A stretch of DNA of 64,000 bases from assembly GCA_964630525.1 (NCBI GenBank), contig CAZVUY010000002.1, positions 33,760-97,759 of the forward strand, given 5' to 3'. Below, one piece after another: positions 54,757 through 64,000 of this stretch. The position numbers were made by a program, and so were the translations under genes. The notes under the pieces are model-generated. The model was not told the origin of the DNA and did no database searches. It saw only the letters and a program-made list of their open reading frames with translations. Each line of letters starts with the position of its first letter. Position 1 is the stretch's first letter. The stretch comes from an uncultured Candidatus Saccharibacteria bacterium (GTDB lineage: Bacteria; Patescibacteriota; Minisyncoccia; Phycocordibacterales; WO2-35-19).

Positions 54757-55677
54757 ATGGCAGAGAGTACCAAACAATTAAAACAGAAAATAAAAACAGT
54801 CCGATCATTGCAAAAGATTACCAAAGCAATGGAAATGATCGCTCGAAGTAAGATGAAAAAAGCGATCGATGGTGCTTTGGCTACTCGGGTTTATGCACTG
54901 CTGGCACTTGAAATGTTGGTCAGTATTTCTGCAGATGTTTTTCATAAAAATGTTTTTCTGAAAAAAGGATCGGGGGATCGGGTGTTGCTCGTCTATATTG
55001 CGAGCGACAAAGGTCTTTGTGGCGGCTACAATGCTCAACTGTTGAGGGCGGCCAAGAAATATTTCAGCTCACACCACTATAAAGGTGAATTGGTTGATTT
55101 TGTGGTGGTTGGCAAATATGCTTTTTTGCATAGCCAAAAGATACCAGGCAAGGTGGTCAAGTCTTTTGGGTATACCAAGAGCTTTACCCACTTTGCTGAT
55201 GGTCAAGAGATCTACAAATTTGTTCTCGATGCCTACAGGAGCGGAAATTACAAAAAGGCCATAGTGATTTATACAAATTACTTATCAGTTTTTTCGCGAG
55301 AACCGATTGTCAAAGAGCTACTCCCTATTTCTCCAAAAAGTCTCAAAAATATGATCGAGCATTTGGGTAGCACAGAAGATGATATCGTTATCAAACATTT
55401 GAGGCACCGGCAAGAATTTGAGCGTTACCTCTACGAACCATCTCGAGAAGAGGTGCTCGACAGAATAGTGCCAGAACTGGTCTCGATCCAACTTTACCAA
55501 TCAATACTCGAATCGAAGGCCAGCGAGGAGTCGAGTCGGATGGTAGCGATGAAATCGGCTAGTGAGAATGGTGAAAAGATGGGCAAGACGCTTGAGGTGG
55601 CTTACAATCGAGCTCGTCAAGCTCTAATCACCAAAGAGATCATCGAGATCGCTTCGGCGACGGAGGCGATGGTATAA
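54757..55677 (+). CDS. atpG: ATP synthase F1 subunit gamma
   Basis: ITKAMEM, SDKGLCGGYN, ASEESSRMVAM and YNRARQALITKEI motifs. Confidence 0.98.
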   Translation: MAESTKQLKQKIKTVRSLQKITKAMEMIARSKMKKAIDGALATRVYALLALEMLVSISADVFHKNVFLKKGSGDRVLLVYIASDKGLCGGYNAQLLRAAKKYFSSHHYKGELVDFVVVGKYAFLHSQKIPGKVVKSFGYTKSFTHFADGQEIYKFVLDAYRSGNYKKAIVIYTNYLSVFSREPIVKELLPISPKSLKNMIEHLGSTEDDIVIKHLRHRQEFERYLYEPSREEVLDRIVPELVSIQLYQSILESKASEESSRMVAMKSASENGEKMGKTLEVAYNRARQALITKEIIEIASATEAMV

Positions 55678-55685
55678 ATTTATAA

Positions 55686-57071
<1,386 letters not shown>

Positions 57072-57103
57072 GAAAGTCAGAAAATAAAAAGTAAAAAATA
57101 GAT

Positions 57104-57367
57104 ATGAATTTAAAAGTTGTGACACCAGACGGAGTAGTTTGGAATGCAGAAGTGGATTTCGTCAATCTCAAGACGACTCTTGGCGAGATCACTGTTTTAC
57201 CCAAACACATACCACTAATAACAACTCTAGAATTTGGGATGGTACGGGTCCGGAGCGATGGTCGCGATTTTCGAGCCGAATGTTCGGGTGGCGTGCTTGA
57301 GGTTAAAAAAGACAGTCAGGCGATAATCATAACTGAACATTGCTCCAAGTTTCTCGCTGAAGAATAA
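57104..57367 (+). CDS. atpC: ATP synthase F1 subunit epsilon (beta-sandwich only)
   Basis: VVTPDG, GEITVLPKHIPLIT and GGVLEV motifs; no C-terminal helices. Confidence 0.93.
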   Translation: MNLKVVTPDGVVWNAEVDFVNLKTTLGEITVLPKHIPLITTLEFGMVRVRSDGRDFRAECSGGVLEVKKDSQAIIITEHCSKFLAEE

Positions 57368-57374
57368 GAAATTT

Positions 57375-57971
57375 TTAGATTTGATTAGGCTGCGGAATAA
57401 ATTTGAAAGACTGAAGAAGCGGTTCAAAATCGCGATAAAGATTTGAGTTTGTGTCTAAGTAGGCTCCACTGATCACATACATGTTTTCTCCGTGAGCGAC
57501 CACTATGTTGTTTGACCGGTAGAGCCCGTCAGCAGAATATCTGATCGCATTTGCACCACCAAGGACCGTCTCTTCCATGTCTCCTAGTTCAAGATTGATA
57601 TTGGTCCACTCTATATTTTCGCTAGACCAAACCAGCGGCCACTGTTTTTTAGTGTTTTTGACTACGTGAATAGTGATGGTGGCCGGCCCTTCGCCGAATT
57701 CTCCATTGTTTTGCAAGCCCACCTCATCAGTTTTTTGCATCAAGACCAATGTTTTTAGTAAGTTTGGATTGGTGCTGACTGTTTGAGGGTCTTTTTCGAT
57801 CAGGGTGTAACCCTCTGGTTCGATGCGATATTGAAATTCAAAACCGAGTTCCGGGCTGGAAAAAGTTTGATAAGTAGCGACCGTTTTGTTGGCACCATTT
57901 TTAGGCTTTAGAAACCAGTATCCAGCAGACGCAACAAGCAAAACAAGAATAATGACAAATATTTTTTTCAT
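57375..57971 (-). CDS. exported hypothetical protein (PsbP/Mog1-like fold possible)
   Basis: N-terminal anchor, TFSSPELGFEFQY and C-terminal FEPLLQSFKF. Confidence 0.65.
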   Translation of the reverse strand: MKKIFVIILVLLVASAGYWFLKPKNGANKTVATYQTFSSPELGFEFQYRIEPEGYTLIEKDPQTVSTNPNLLKTLVLMQKTDEVGLQNNGEFGEGPATITIHVVKNTKKQWPLVWSSENIEWTNINLELGDMEETVLGGANAIRYSADGLYRSNNIVVAHGENMYVISGAYLDTNSNLYRDFEPLLQSFKFIPQPNQI

Positions 57972-58015
57972 GACCCAATATTAGCAAATTTTTATGATCT
58001 CTGACAAATAAAACC

Positions 58016-58492
58016 TTACTTCATCACTGCATAGGTGAAGAGTACGCTAAATTTTTTGCACCAAATAACGACAGTCTGATAATCCTCTGTACCCACTGGC
58101 AATTCATAATTTTGGTTGCCTTGGGTGCCTTTGAGTAGACCCAAATTAACAAAGTCGCCGAGACTTTCAATATCATTGGTTGGAGCAGAGGAATTTGATA
58201 GATATACATACAGATCCGGGCCGCTGGTCACGCTAAAATCTTCGAGCCGGATAAACTGTTTGCCATCGACTTCTACCAGCTTTGCTGTACCCGATCCCTT
58301 GTGAATAAAATCTATTTCTCCGAATGTTCCCGAAGCCAAAGTTTTCGATTCGCTCAGCGTCCCTTGCGTCTGGTTAGTTGGGGTCGGTAGAGTTTCTTGC
58401 ACTTCTGTTTTAATAAAATAAGTATAAACGCCACTCCAGTATACGAAAAATCCGATCGCCAATATCACCAAAACTAAAATAATCTTTTTCAT
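58016..58492 (-). CDS. DM13 domain protein
   Basis: SGTF...HKGSGTA, IRLEDF..TSGPDLYVYLS, LGLLKGTQGNQNY and VVIWC motifs. Confidence 0.93.
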   Translation of the reverse strand: MKKIILVLVILAIGFFVYWSGVYTYFIKTEVQETLPTPTNQTQGTLSESKTLASGTFGEIDFIHKGSGTAKLVEVDGKQFIRLEDFSVTSGPDLYVYLSNSSAPTNDIESLGDFVNLGLLKGTQGNQNYELPVGTEDYQTVVIWCKKFSVLFTYAVMK

Positions 58493-58593
58493 TTTTTAAG
58501 GTTTGTAGTTTTTTATAAATTAAAAATCTTTTATTTCTATATTTTCCGGCAAATCTCTTTCAGAAACCTCAATCACTTCTAATTGCTATCTCT

Positions 58594-59037
58594 TTATTTT
58601 TGGTCTTTGATTAGGCTGCCAACATACTCCTCAAATTCTTTCATGTCTTCACTACAATTTTCCAAATGCTCGTAGTTATCTGATACGAGTTTAGAGTATT
58701 GAAGTAGTCTGTCCCTCACTTCATCGGACATAGGTTTAGCCCATTCTGTTTTCCAGATCTCTCCTTCCACCTCGTCAATCTCGCCTTTATCTATCCACTT
58801 GGTGTGTCTCTTATTTAGAAATTTACCATCTTTAAGTTCAATTACATCCCATTCAGCGGTTGGATTAATTTCTTCTTGGTTATCTGCAATGTAGTCTTTT
58901 TTATCAGTAAGAACTTGTTTAGTAATTCTCTGACCTTTTATAATGTAGTCAAAAGAAATTGCCTCCTTATCGTTCAAGCCAACACTGATAAAGAAAGTGT
59001 TGGAGGGACTAGGGTTGTAATCTACATCTATATACAT
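58594..59037 (-). CDS. hypothetical protein
   Basis: 147-aa acidic ORF, 9 nt downstream of the ASCH gene. Confidence 0.7.
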   Translation of the reverse strand: MYIDVDYNPSPSNTFFISVGLNDKEAISFDYIIKGQRITKQVLTDKKDYIADNQEEINPTAEWDVIELKDGKFLNKRHTKWIDKGEIDEVEGEIWKTEWAKPMSDEVRDRLLQYSKLVSDNYEHLENCSEDMKEFEEYVGSLIKDQK

Positions 59038-59045
59038 TCTGTTTA

Positions 59046-59375
59046 TTATTCTCTGGTTAGTTTGAAATCAACCATTTTCACAATAGTATCTGGGGTGACT
59101 TTGTCACCGTAGTACTTTCTGTATGTCTCATACATTTTTTCATCGCTTTCAAATTTTTCGTGCCCCTCAAAATCGCTTTCTTCCAAATCTTTGAGTTTCT
59201 TTTCTTCTATTTTGGTTATTACTGCTTTGGCAAATTCTTCTTTTGTTTCCCAATTCAAAAGAGATAATTCGTCTCCTTCTTTCAAATCTTTATCGTCAAA
59301 CAATCTCCATGTACAAGTTTTTTCTCCTCTCAGCACAAGTGGGATTAAATAAGGTCTAAATTTAACTGTTTTCAT
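59046..59375 (-). CDS. ASCH domain protein
   Basis: KFRPYLIPLVLRGEKTCTWR (GxKxxxxR) and EGD motifs. Confidence 0.88.
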   Translation of the reverse strand: MKTVKFRPYLIPLVLRGEKTCTWRLFDDKDLKEGDELSLLNWETKEEFAKAVITKIEEKKLKDLEESDFEGHEKFESDEKMYETYRKYYGDKVTPDTIVKMVDFKLTRE

Positions 59376-59470
59376 AAAACTAGTCTAAACGAATTTTTTA
59401 TAAAAGAAAACCCCCTAGAATAAAGAGGTGAGTTGGTTATCTAATTTATCACTTCAGAACTAATTTATTC

Positions 59471-59819
59471 AAAACAAAAAGCCCTCGCATTCCCCGAATG
59501 GGTACTAGCTTGGGCTGGGTGGGTTACAGACTATATTCGTGCTGTTGAGGGAGAAGTCTGGATTCCCTCGCACTAGCTCACTGGGTGAGCAAAGAACTGG
59601 TCGGGGTAAGTAATAGTTTAGGTTCCTATCACTACGACTTACCCCACGGAAGACAGAAAACGGAAAACAGCATATTGTCGGTCAACTCCTTTAGGAACCT
59701 ATCAGGAATATCACGACTCACCCCTGTCGTATCACTCTAAGACCGAAGGACGTCTTTCGAGAGCTCGATTTGCGCTTACTGCATTGCCAAGGTCTAAATC
59801 GAGATGAATAACCCTGGCA
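59471..59819 (-). ncRNA. candidate multi-pseudoknot ncRNA (~340 nt, family unknown)
   Basis: TTGACA-16-(TG)TATACT promoter at 59825-59852, terminal helix gggtta/taaccc, several stems with loop-distal complementarity, terminator, no ORF in the track. Confidence 0.65.
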
Positions 59820-59932
59820 CCATTAGTATAACAAATCGGCATTTTTTGTCAATCATAAAACACATTTTGTAAATGTCAAAAGCAGAAAAGCCTTATAAAA
59901 TAAGGGTATTTTAGGAAGTTAGAAAAAATGAG

Positions 59933-60235
59933 TTAAGATTTGGTAATCTTCCTTTTTACAGAATCAACAAACAACCTGAAAGCGGGTCGTTTTTCCTTTT
60001 CGTAAATGATTTTAACTCCAAGCAGATGACCTTTAGGACAAGATAGGTCTTTTTTCAGAATAGAAACTTTAGGCTCCATAATTCTATCTATATACATTCT
60101 CCTAAGATTCCCTGGCCCATCTTTTTGGTAGAGGCAAATATTTGCCCCACACTTCTCGCAAAACATTCTTAGTAGCCTAGAGTAGCCTCCCCTGGCTTGT
60201 TTATATTTATCTCTTTTAAAGACAACTTTGTTCAT
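59933..60235 (-). CDS. small basic zinc-ribbon-like protein
   Basis: CxxC, YQKDGPGNLRRMYIDRI and CxxxH motifs. Confidence 0.75.
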   Translation of the reverse strand: MNKVVFKRDKYKQARGGYSRLLRMFCEKCGANICLYQKDGPGNLRRMYIDRIMEPKVSILKKDLSCPKGHLLGVKIIYEKEKRPAFRLFVDSVKRKITKS

Positions 60236-60286
60236 ATCCAAATCGTATTTGAATAAAGGTAAGTTGTAAAGAAAAAACTCAATTTT

Positions 60287-60796
60287 TTATTGATTGATAA
60301 TATTCATAACTAGTTCAAATGTTTCCTCGATGCTCTTTTGTGTAGTATCAATTTGTATAAAATCTAAATCCTCCTTGCTCTTAAAGAAACCAATATTTTT
60401 TCTTACCTGTTCTTCAGATGTTGGGTTATCCCAATTTTTCATCCTTTCTATTATCCTTTTGAATGCAACTTCAGGATTAGCAAACATTTGAATTTTGTAG
60501 ATTGGAACAGAATATTCTTTCGCAATATTTTCATATATATCTATTTCATTTGATCTAATTGGTTGATCTACAATTACAGAAATGTTGTTGCGGAGATATA
60601 TTTTTGTGGCTTCAATAATGATTTCTCTCCCAATATTGTTGTCTCTGTCGCCTCGTTCAAAATCATTGATAAACAGTTTAACTTTATCTAGCCCTATAGT
60701 CGCAAGTCTTGGAATTCTTCCTGCTAGTTTATTTGATACGGTAGTTTTGCCTGACCCGGTCATTCCGTCCAGCAGCAGTAGAAATGGTGTCCTCAT
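60287..60796 (-). CDS. P-loop nucleotide/small-molecule kinase-like protein (AAA_33-like)
   Basis: GMTGSGKTT, SVIVD, RxxxR lid and IDTT motifs. Confidence 0.85.
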   Translation of the reverse strand: MRTPFLLLLDGMTGSGKTTVSNKLAGRIPRLATIGLDKVKLFINDFERGDRDNNIGREIIIEATKIYLRNNISVIVDQPIRSNEIDIYENIAKEYSVPIYKIQMFANPEVAFKRIIERMKNWDNPTSEEQVRKNIGFFKSKEDLDFIQIDTTQKSIEETFELVMNIINQ

Positions 60797-60887
60797 AAAT
60801 TACAGTATAACAAAAGTTCACATAATTTTTAAATATATTTTCCAGGAGCAACAACAAAAAACCGCCCTATAAGGGCGATTTTCATGT

Positions 60888-61103
60888 TGGCTGCTCCGGG
60901 AGCAGGGGGTATCTCCCTCGACTCAAAAATTTGTCGGCCACAAATTTTTGGTCTAGGCACCGGCTCGCTAAATTTTGTGCTCAAAATTTTCAGCTCCGCC
61001 GTTCGATCCCTGACGAAAGTGCAATTCAATGCACTTTCTCTCCTCGGAGCCACAAATGACAAAACCGCTTTGCAAAAGGCAAAACGGTTTGTGTCAGTGG
61101 CTC
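60888..61103 (-). repeat. tRNA-3'-end-linked scaffold element, copy C (orphan; embedded sequence is tRNA-Asn-like)
   Basis: Same scaffold as 21690-21878; embedded gttcgatccctg / ctcctcggagcca and the reverse copy gctccgggagcaggg. Confidence 0.8.
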
Positions 61104-61211
61104 GCACTGGCTGACGATTTTAGAACGATAGATTGGGTCAGCGAGTATCCTTATCCTACCATAGCCCTAGCCGAGATAAAGGCATTACTGGAAGAAGTTC
61201 AAACCGTCTAA
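61097..61211 (+). mobile_element. predicted att junction with an orphan recombinase C-terminal tail
   Basis: GTGGCTC (reverse complement of a tRNA 3' end) runs into WLALADDFRTIDW...; a WLxxxDxxRT ending is what I recall from CPR serine recombinases. Confidence 0.55.
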
Positions 61212-61213
61212 AA

Positions 61214-61591
61214 ATGAAAGAGGGTAACCAGACATTTAGTAGTAAAGATGTTGTGGAGGGGTTGGTAGAACTTTTGAATGCTAAAGAATATAAAAAATCT
61301 TCACTATCTCCGAGATTTACAATTCAAGAAATAAGTTTTTTGGCTGATATTATTTTCAATAAACCTTACGAGAATATACCATTGGCATTTGTGGAATACA
61401 TAGAAAAGAGTTTTATGATGGGTGTCCGTCTTACAAGTCCCATGACATACAGACGCATCCAATTTTATAAACACTTAGTTTTGACTCGTGGTAATGCCAA
61501 GAAAGCTGCTATTTCCGCAGGCTATAGTCCAGTTGGAGCTAAACAGCAAGCGTATAGGATATTGAAAAACTTTGGGAAAGGTCTTCGGTAA
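61214..61591 (+). CDS. protein with a terminase small-subunit-like HTH
   Basis: C-terminal GNAKKAAISAGYSPVGAKQQAYRIL resembles the TerS NATQAAIRAGYS motif. Confidence 0.65.
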   Translation: MKEGNQTFSSKDVVEGLVELLNAKEYKKSSLSPRFTIQEISFLADIIFNKPYENIPLAFVEYIEKSFMMGVRLTSPMTYRRIQFYKHLVLTRGNAKKAAISAGYSPVGAKQQAYRILKNFGKGLR

Positions 61592-61663
61592 GCAAAAGTA
61601 AACATTTTTTATAAAAGAAAGAGCGCCACCCGAAGATGGCGCCCTGCGATCAGATTGAACTGA

Positions 61664-62986
61664 TCAATACGGCTTCAGAAAGGAACACTGGTAGTCGAGT
61701 CGGATCGGCTGGTTGGCCGCCTTGGCAATGCCGACACATTCGCGGATTTGCGTCTTGCGCTCCTCCACGAGCTGCTTGAGAGACTGCTTGCGTTCTCGAT
61801 CGTTCTTGCCCTGAGCTCGAGAAGCGAGGACCTTCTCGTTGAAACACTTGTCCTCACCAAACTGCTCTGCGATCGCAGCGGCAATGCCGAAGTTTCCGGC
61901 AATGACCGCCTTGTCGAAAGTCAGAGCAGCACACTCGTCCAGACTGACCTTCTCGTTATCACCATACTTCGGGAAGAACACCTCACCCACCAAGTAGTTG
62001 ACGTGGTAAGCGTATGCGAGCTTGCCCTCAGCCAGCTTGTCTGCAAGCCAGTTGATGAGCTTGGAACGAAGCGTCGGATCAGTGTTCATGCCGTGCTTGG
62101 CAATGACTGCCGCGATGTATGCATGACTCATGTAGCTGTCGATCACCCTGTCGGTCATCTCACACATGAGCTTCCTCAACCGAACGCTGTCGGATCCCCA
62201 CGGCAAGACCTGCGATTCGAGAACCGCGGCCATGTAGTAGAGATCGAGGCCGCCCTTCTTGAACTTCTCGATCCACTGGAAGAACGCTTCCTGCACCTCC
62301 TCTCTGCTCATACCGAGCTCTTGGAGGCGCTTTGCGAGGGCGCGATACTTCATTGCGTTGTGGTCGATATTCTCCTCGAGAGCACCGTGATCATCATGAT
62401 AAGTGTGGTACTTCTTCGGAAGAGTGAGACCGAGCCATTCGGCATAAAACTTTTCGCCGAGGTAGTCGGTGAGGTGGTTGCTCTCGTAGAAATACGCGAG
62501 CAATATCCATCGCTCGATCTGGTCCGCGAACTTCTTGTTCTTGGGCCGATACTGCTCGAAGACCTTGCGAGTGGCGCTGATTTCCCACGAGCCAACCCAA
62601 GACTCAATGACTCTCAAGTTGACCGGATTGATCTCAATCGCCTTGGCCAGAAGGCGCTCGATGAAGCTCCTCGTCTGGCGCTCCTTCCACCCGAAAAACT
62701 TTGCAATTCCCGGAATGGTGAAGAAGCAGGACTTATCGAGAGAGTAGACGACGGGGTCGCCCTTCTCACTACGATCAAACTCGGCTGAGTCGATCTGGGT
62801 GGCATCCGCACGATACGGATTCTGAAAGAAGATGCCATTGTCGACGAGAGCGTTGAGCTCCGTCAAAGCATCAATCTTGAGATTCTTCTGGAAAAGCAGT
62901 CGAAGCCGCTCTCCCGGATTCTCGATGAATGCCAACTGGCGTCTGGTCTCCTCAACGGCTGCGCCGCTGATTGTTGCGTTTCTCAT
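61664..62986 (-). CDS. hypothetical helical protein with GC-rich codon usage
   Basis: Long ORF; SD AAGGAG before the ATG at 62986; terminator hairpin at 61621-61645. Confidence 0.8.
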   Translation of the reverse strand: MRNATISGAAVEETRRQLAFIENPGERLRLLFQKNLKIDALTELNALVDNGIFFQNPYRADATQIDSAEFDRSEKGDPVVYSLDKSCFFTIPGIAKFFGWKERQTRSFIERLLAKAIEINPVNLRVIESWVGSWEISATRKVFEQYRPKNKKFADQIERWILLAYFYESNHLTDYLGEKFYAEWLGLTLPKKYHTYHDDHGALEENIDHNAMKYRALAKRLQELGMSREEVQEAFFQWIEKFKKGGLDLYYMAAVLESQVLPWGSDSVRLRKLMCEMTDRVIDSYMSHAYIAAVIAKHGMNTDPTLRSKLINWLADKLAEGKLAYAYHVNYLVGEVFFPKYGDNEKVSLDECAALTFDKAVIAGNFGIAAAIAEQFGEDKCFNEKVLASRAQGKNDRERKQSLKQLVEERKTQIRECVGIAKAANQPIRLDYQCSFLKPY

Positions 62987-63269
62987 TTCTTGCTCCTTGT
63001 GCGTGCTCTGTCCCATTCGGGCGAGCGTGCTCTATAGGGGTTGAAGTTGTACTCACCAATTGCACAAACTCTTTCGGGAAGTCCCTACGAAGTTTGGCAA
63101 GGAAGTATGTGGCACGTGCCTGACGGCGCGGCCAACGGAACGCTGCAAGTTCTTGAGCCCGATTCGGATTGTTATCCTTGGCGAACCCAACGAGCTCTGG
63201 ATACCCGAGGGCACCCATACACTCTTTTTTCAATTCTTCGAGTTGGTTTTGAGGGCCATCTCGAGGCAT
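62952..63269 (-). CDS. hypothetical protein
   Basis: SD AAAGGAG before the ATG at 63269; TTGCAA-17-TACAAT promoter. Confidence 0.55.
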   Translation of the reverse strand: MPRDGPQNQLEELKKECMGALGYPELVGFAKDNNPNRAQELAAFRWPRRQARATYFLAKLRRDFPKEFVQLVSTTSTPIEHARPNGTEHAQGARNEKRNNQRRSR

Positions 63270-63343
63270 TGTTTACTCCTTTCTGACAAAGGACTTACTG
63301 GCTACAATTGTAGCACGATATAGCAAAAATTGCAATAGCGGTT

Positions 63344-64000
63344 CTATTTTCTAAAATCATTCAGATATTTACTAAAAACACGCCGAAAAAGAAGAGTTTT
63401 TTCATAAAGCCAGGTAAAATTGTTTGCAATTTCAATTTTAGAGAATAGGTCAGATATTTCTTTCTTAATTACAATACGAGAAGCTACTGCGGCATCTATC
63501 CACTCTGCTTTTACTCCAAGTTCTTTCTCAATTTCATCCATATGATCTTTCAAATAACTGAACAGGTCTTTGTTTCTGTTTATGTATATCTCACAACCAA
63601 GCAGATTTTTACGAGAATCGATTGTGAGTGCTATATGAGCGTCAGAAATCCCAATACTAATATTATACCAGTGTTGTGGGCGTGGTGAGTGACCAAAGTG
63701 AGTCTTTGGATCTTTACTTTTTACATAGTCCTTGAATCTAGTCCAAAAATCTAGTTGTTGTAACTTAGTTTCAGTAAGTTCTCCACCAGCTGGGCCAGAT
63801 TTTATTGCTTTGGCCCATTCATTAGGACTAACAATCACTTCAAACTTTGGAGCAGGATTTGAACCTTCAATTTGCCACAGTTCTACTTTGATCAGAAAGA
63901 ATCCAGTTTTTTCGTCAGTATGTTCATTGAGCCATTCTACTGCTCGCTGATGTTCATCTCTAAAATCCCGAACGATCCAAATAATTATTTCTGCGTCGTA
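63344..64000 (-). CDS. DUF4268 domain protein with an N-terminal NucS-like nuclease region (5' partial)
   Basis: Frame is open to the window end: YDAEIIIWIVRDFRDEHQRAVEWLNE...PAPKF...PNEW...FW..F...PRPQHWY. Confidence 0.85.
   Translation of the reverse strand, partial: YDAEIIIWIVRDFRDEHQRAVEWLNEHTDEKTGFFLIKVELWQIEGSNPAPKFEVIVSPNEWAKAIKSGPAGGELTETKLQQLDFWTRFKDYVKSKDPKTHFGHSPRPQHWYNISIGISDAHIALTIDSRKNLLGCEIYINRNKDLFSYLKDHMDEIEKELGVKAEWIDAAVASRIVIKKEISDLFSKIEIANNFTWLYEKTLLFRRVFSKYLNDFRK

Noticed and set aside
60829-61114. ORFs over palindromic elements (also 21533-21956, 43727-43927 and the N-terminus of 49801)
   Set aside because: They are translations of non-coding repeats; their mutual peptide similarity (e.g. 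EPVPRPK) reflects the DNA repeat.
61748-62788. 346-aa + strand ORF
   Set aside because: It is the antisense shadow of the GC-rich minus-strand gene, which has an SD and a terminator.

Overview
This is a 64 kb chromosomal segment from a Patescibacteria (CPR) genome, most likely Parcubacteria/Paceibacteria. That assignment is an inference from the short IF2, the tandem VirB2-like pilins, the membrane-anchored Clp-like ATPase and the largely leaderless core genes. The genetic code appears to be standard code 11. Core content: tsaD, gyrA, rbfA, infB, a cysteine desulfurase, clpB, murC, murD, rpmG, miaA, parB, relA/spoT, topA, dprA, serS, dus and a complete F1Fo ATP synthase operon whose c-subunit has a Na+-type motif. 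RNA genes: RNase P RNA and 9 tRNAs. There are also seven tandem pilin-like genes and a 1987-aa surface protein. The most unusual signals are non-coding. (1) Three copies of a conserved hairpin scaffold sit at tRNA 3' ends, each carrying an inverted and a direct copy of its own neighbouring tRNA's T-arm/acceptor sequence. One copy has no tRNA and marks a predicted island junction (tRNA-Asn, serine-recombinase tail) near 61.1 kb. (2) Several short palindromic repeat families are inserted in frame into housekeeping genes: four in dus, plus serS, topA and an MBL gene, and one lies inside RNase P RNA. One family is identical to the palindrome flanking a RAYT transposase. (3) Two promoter-driven, highly structured RNAs of 250-340 nt have no family I recognise. 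(4) Self-contained ORFan cassettes (promoter, SD, gene, terminator) are scattered among the leaderless core genes. All calls come from motif recognition by eye; no searches were run.
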